Origin: Marsupella aquatica
Lineage: Eukaryota > Plantae > Marchantiophyta
Assembly (NCBI GenBank): GCA_973895155.1
Contig: OZ316895.1
Coordinates: forward strand, 5,972,687-6,036,686
Length of the DNA stretch: 64,000 nucleotides
Reading direction: 5' to 3'
Part shown: in pieces, positions 62,516 to 64,000 of the stretch
Numbering within the stretch: the first letter of the stretch is position 1
Layout: each line of letters starts with the position of its first letter
Program-made: the position numbers and the translations under genes
Notes under the pieces: model-generated
Seen by the model: the letters and a program-made list of their open reading frames with translations, nothing else
Database searches by the model: none
What the model was told of the DNA's origin: nothing

Positions 62516-62850
62516 ATTATCTCGACCCTACACCAAACACTGATTATTAGTTAGGGGTGTATATTTGCAGAAAAGTGTGAAGCTTACCATAACATCCATT
62601 TGGGTCTAAATGTTCTCGACCCTCTACTAAAGAAATAGGGTTTTACTTATAGATACATACTCATAGAAAGGTTAGTCTATTCGGGTCTTAACCCTGTACA
62701 AAAAGAATAGTAAGTTAAAGATATACATTCAACAACGGGTTAGAATTATCTGGACCCTCCATTTGGGTCGAGATGATCAGCATATAGATTTTTACATAGT
62801 AATTGATATGCATTCAACAACTGGTCAGAACCATCTCGACCCTGTAAAAG
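62445..62850. repeat. Array of short palindromic GGGTC-N(8-11)-GACCC motifs (subterminal-repeat-like)
   Basis: GGGTCTAGATTATCTCGACCC, GGGTCTAAATGTTCTCGACCC, GGGTTAGAATTATCTGGACCC and GGTCAGAACCATCTCGACCC, among others. Confidence 0.75.
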
Positions 62851-64000
62851 TAGGGTTATAATTTTATAACACATCACTTGTTTTCCCGGAGTTCCGTGTT
62901 CATGACCCTTGGTTAGAGTGTGTCATTTTTAATGTTATCATTTGAATTTATGGTATTGTCAAACTAATATTGTCTTATTCTATATTTTTATCTGTTTATC
63001 TGTTTATATTTTAATTAATAATATTTATAATTATAACTTAGTTATTTAATAATTTGAGCATTACAATTGTAAATTTAGACTTTGAAAAGTGTACATTTGC
63101 CCACTAAAATGTATGTTTTTGGGGACAATGTTATAGAATTTTGGGGTGTAAAATAATAGATTTGAACGTCAACTTCTAGACTAGAGAAATTCCAGTTTTA
63201 ATGAATAGGGTGATAACTAATATTGTGAACCAAAGCCAGTTCTCCTTGCATTCTTGTTGAAGCATGTAGCCAAAAAGACTACGTTGAGTTGGATAAGGGT
63301 TGCATACAGGGTTGGATACTTCCTATTCTTAATGTGACATGCATCTAAGCTAGTTACATAATCATACTTAGGTTGAGTATAGTTAAGTGACTTCTCTGCT
63401 TGTTGGATGCACAATTAGGCCTTCCGTTAGAGTGTATTTCCGGTTCATCTCTCTTTCTCTGGTTTTTGTCTTTACCCTCACTTTCAATTATGCTTTAATT
63501 AGAAGTTACTCTCTAGAGGCTTCACTCTAGACAACATGCTTTCAACGTAGCTTTCCATCACATATTAGTAGCAGAAGGTCACGAGAAGCACAAGACAATG
63601 TGCATCAATTTACAAGCTGTGATAATATGAGCCTCACCCTTAGTTGACTCTAGTACAATGTACTCTAAAGCTAGGGGCAATTGTCTTGTGACTCCTGGAA
63701 GGCCTTCTGGTCATGGTGCTCATGGCTGAAGCTCCAATAGCAGACAGCTTCCAAACTTTCTGGGCAGGTCTACTTGAGTGCTGGCCAATGAACCAGGTAA
63801 CCATACACTAGTGAGTTAGACTACAGACTTTGGTCTATTGTTCAAGGCAAGGTTCAAAGCTCTTGCTTGACAATGACACACTTGTTTGCATGGTGCTCAA
63901 TTCAGTTGATAAAAATGGCGCACAAGATTACTATGATTGGTCATGGCAGTTTCAAATTGACAATCTGCAATCTGAAAAACCCTACGTACTTCCCAACGTA

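Overview
Eukaryotic genomic DNA, most likely from an early-diverging land plant (bryophyte-like; inferred from the TE families, the plant-type gene fragments and GT-AG introns). Positions 1-37.8 kb are a deeply nested transposon cluster. It starts with a decayed Ty3/Gypsy pol that appears to carry a DNMT3-like cytosine methyltransferase C-terminus directly upstream of RT. A CACTA element starting at 4646 interrupts that pol and carries captured cargo: an EDM2-like composite PHD module, an RPL18a exon and a ubiquitin fragment. There are four copies (three full-length, one truncated) of an unusual ~4.7 kb TG...CA element ('family A'). Two have perfect 5-bp TSDs, and nearly the whole element is one ~1200-aa ORF (PMD-like motif plus long coiled coil) under purifying selection. 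The cluster also holds a related 2.4 kb solo LTR, an inverted-duplication rearrangement and a Gypsy gag with its LTR. The right half holds one intact six-exon host gene (RmlD/MAT2B-like, 42582-44891), several MITE/SINE-like inserts and tandem repeats, and a Sola-type transposase lying head-to-head with an FCP1/NIF phosphatase-like gene. The recurring theme is that four unrelated TE groups each carry or adjoin a chromatin/transcription-related domain. All family assignments come from visual motif recognition; no database search was run.
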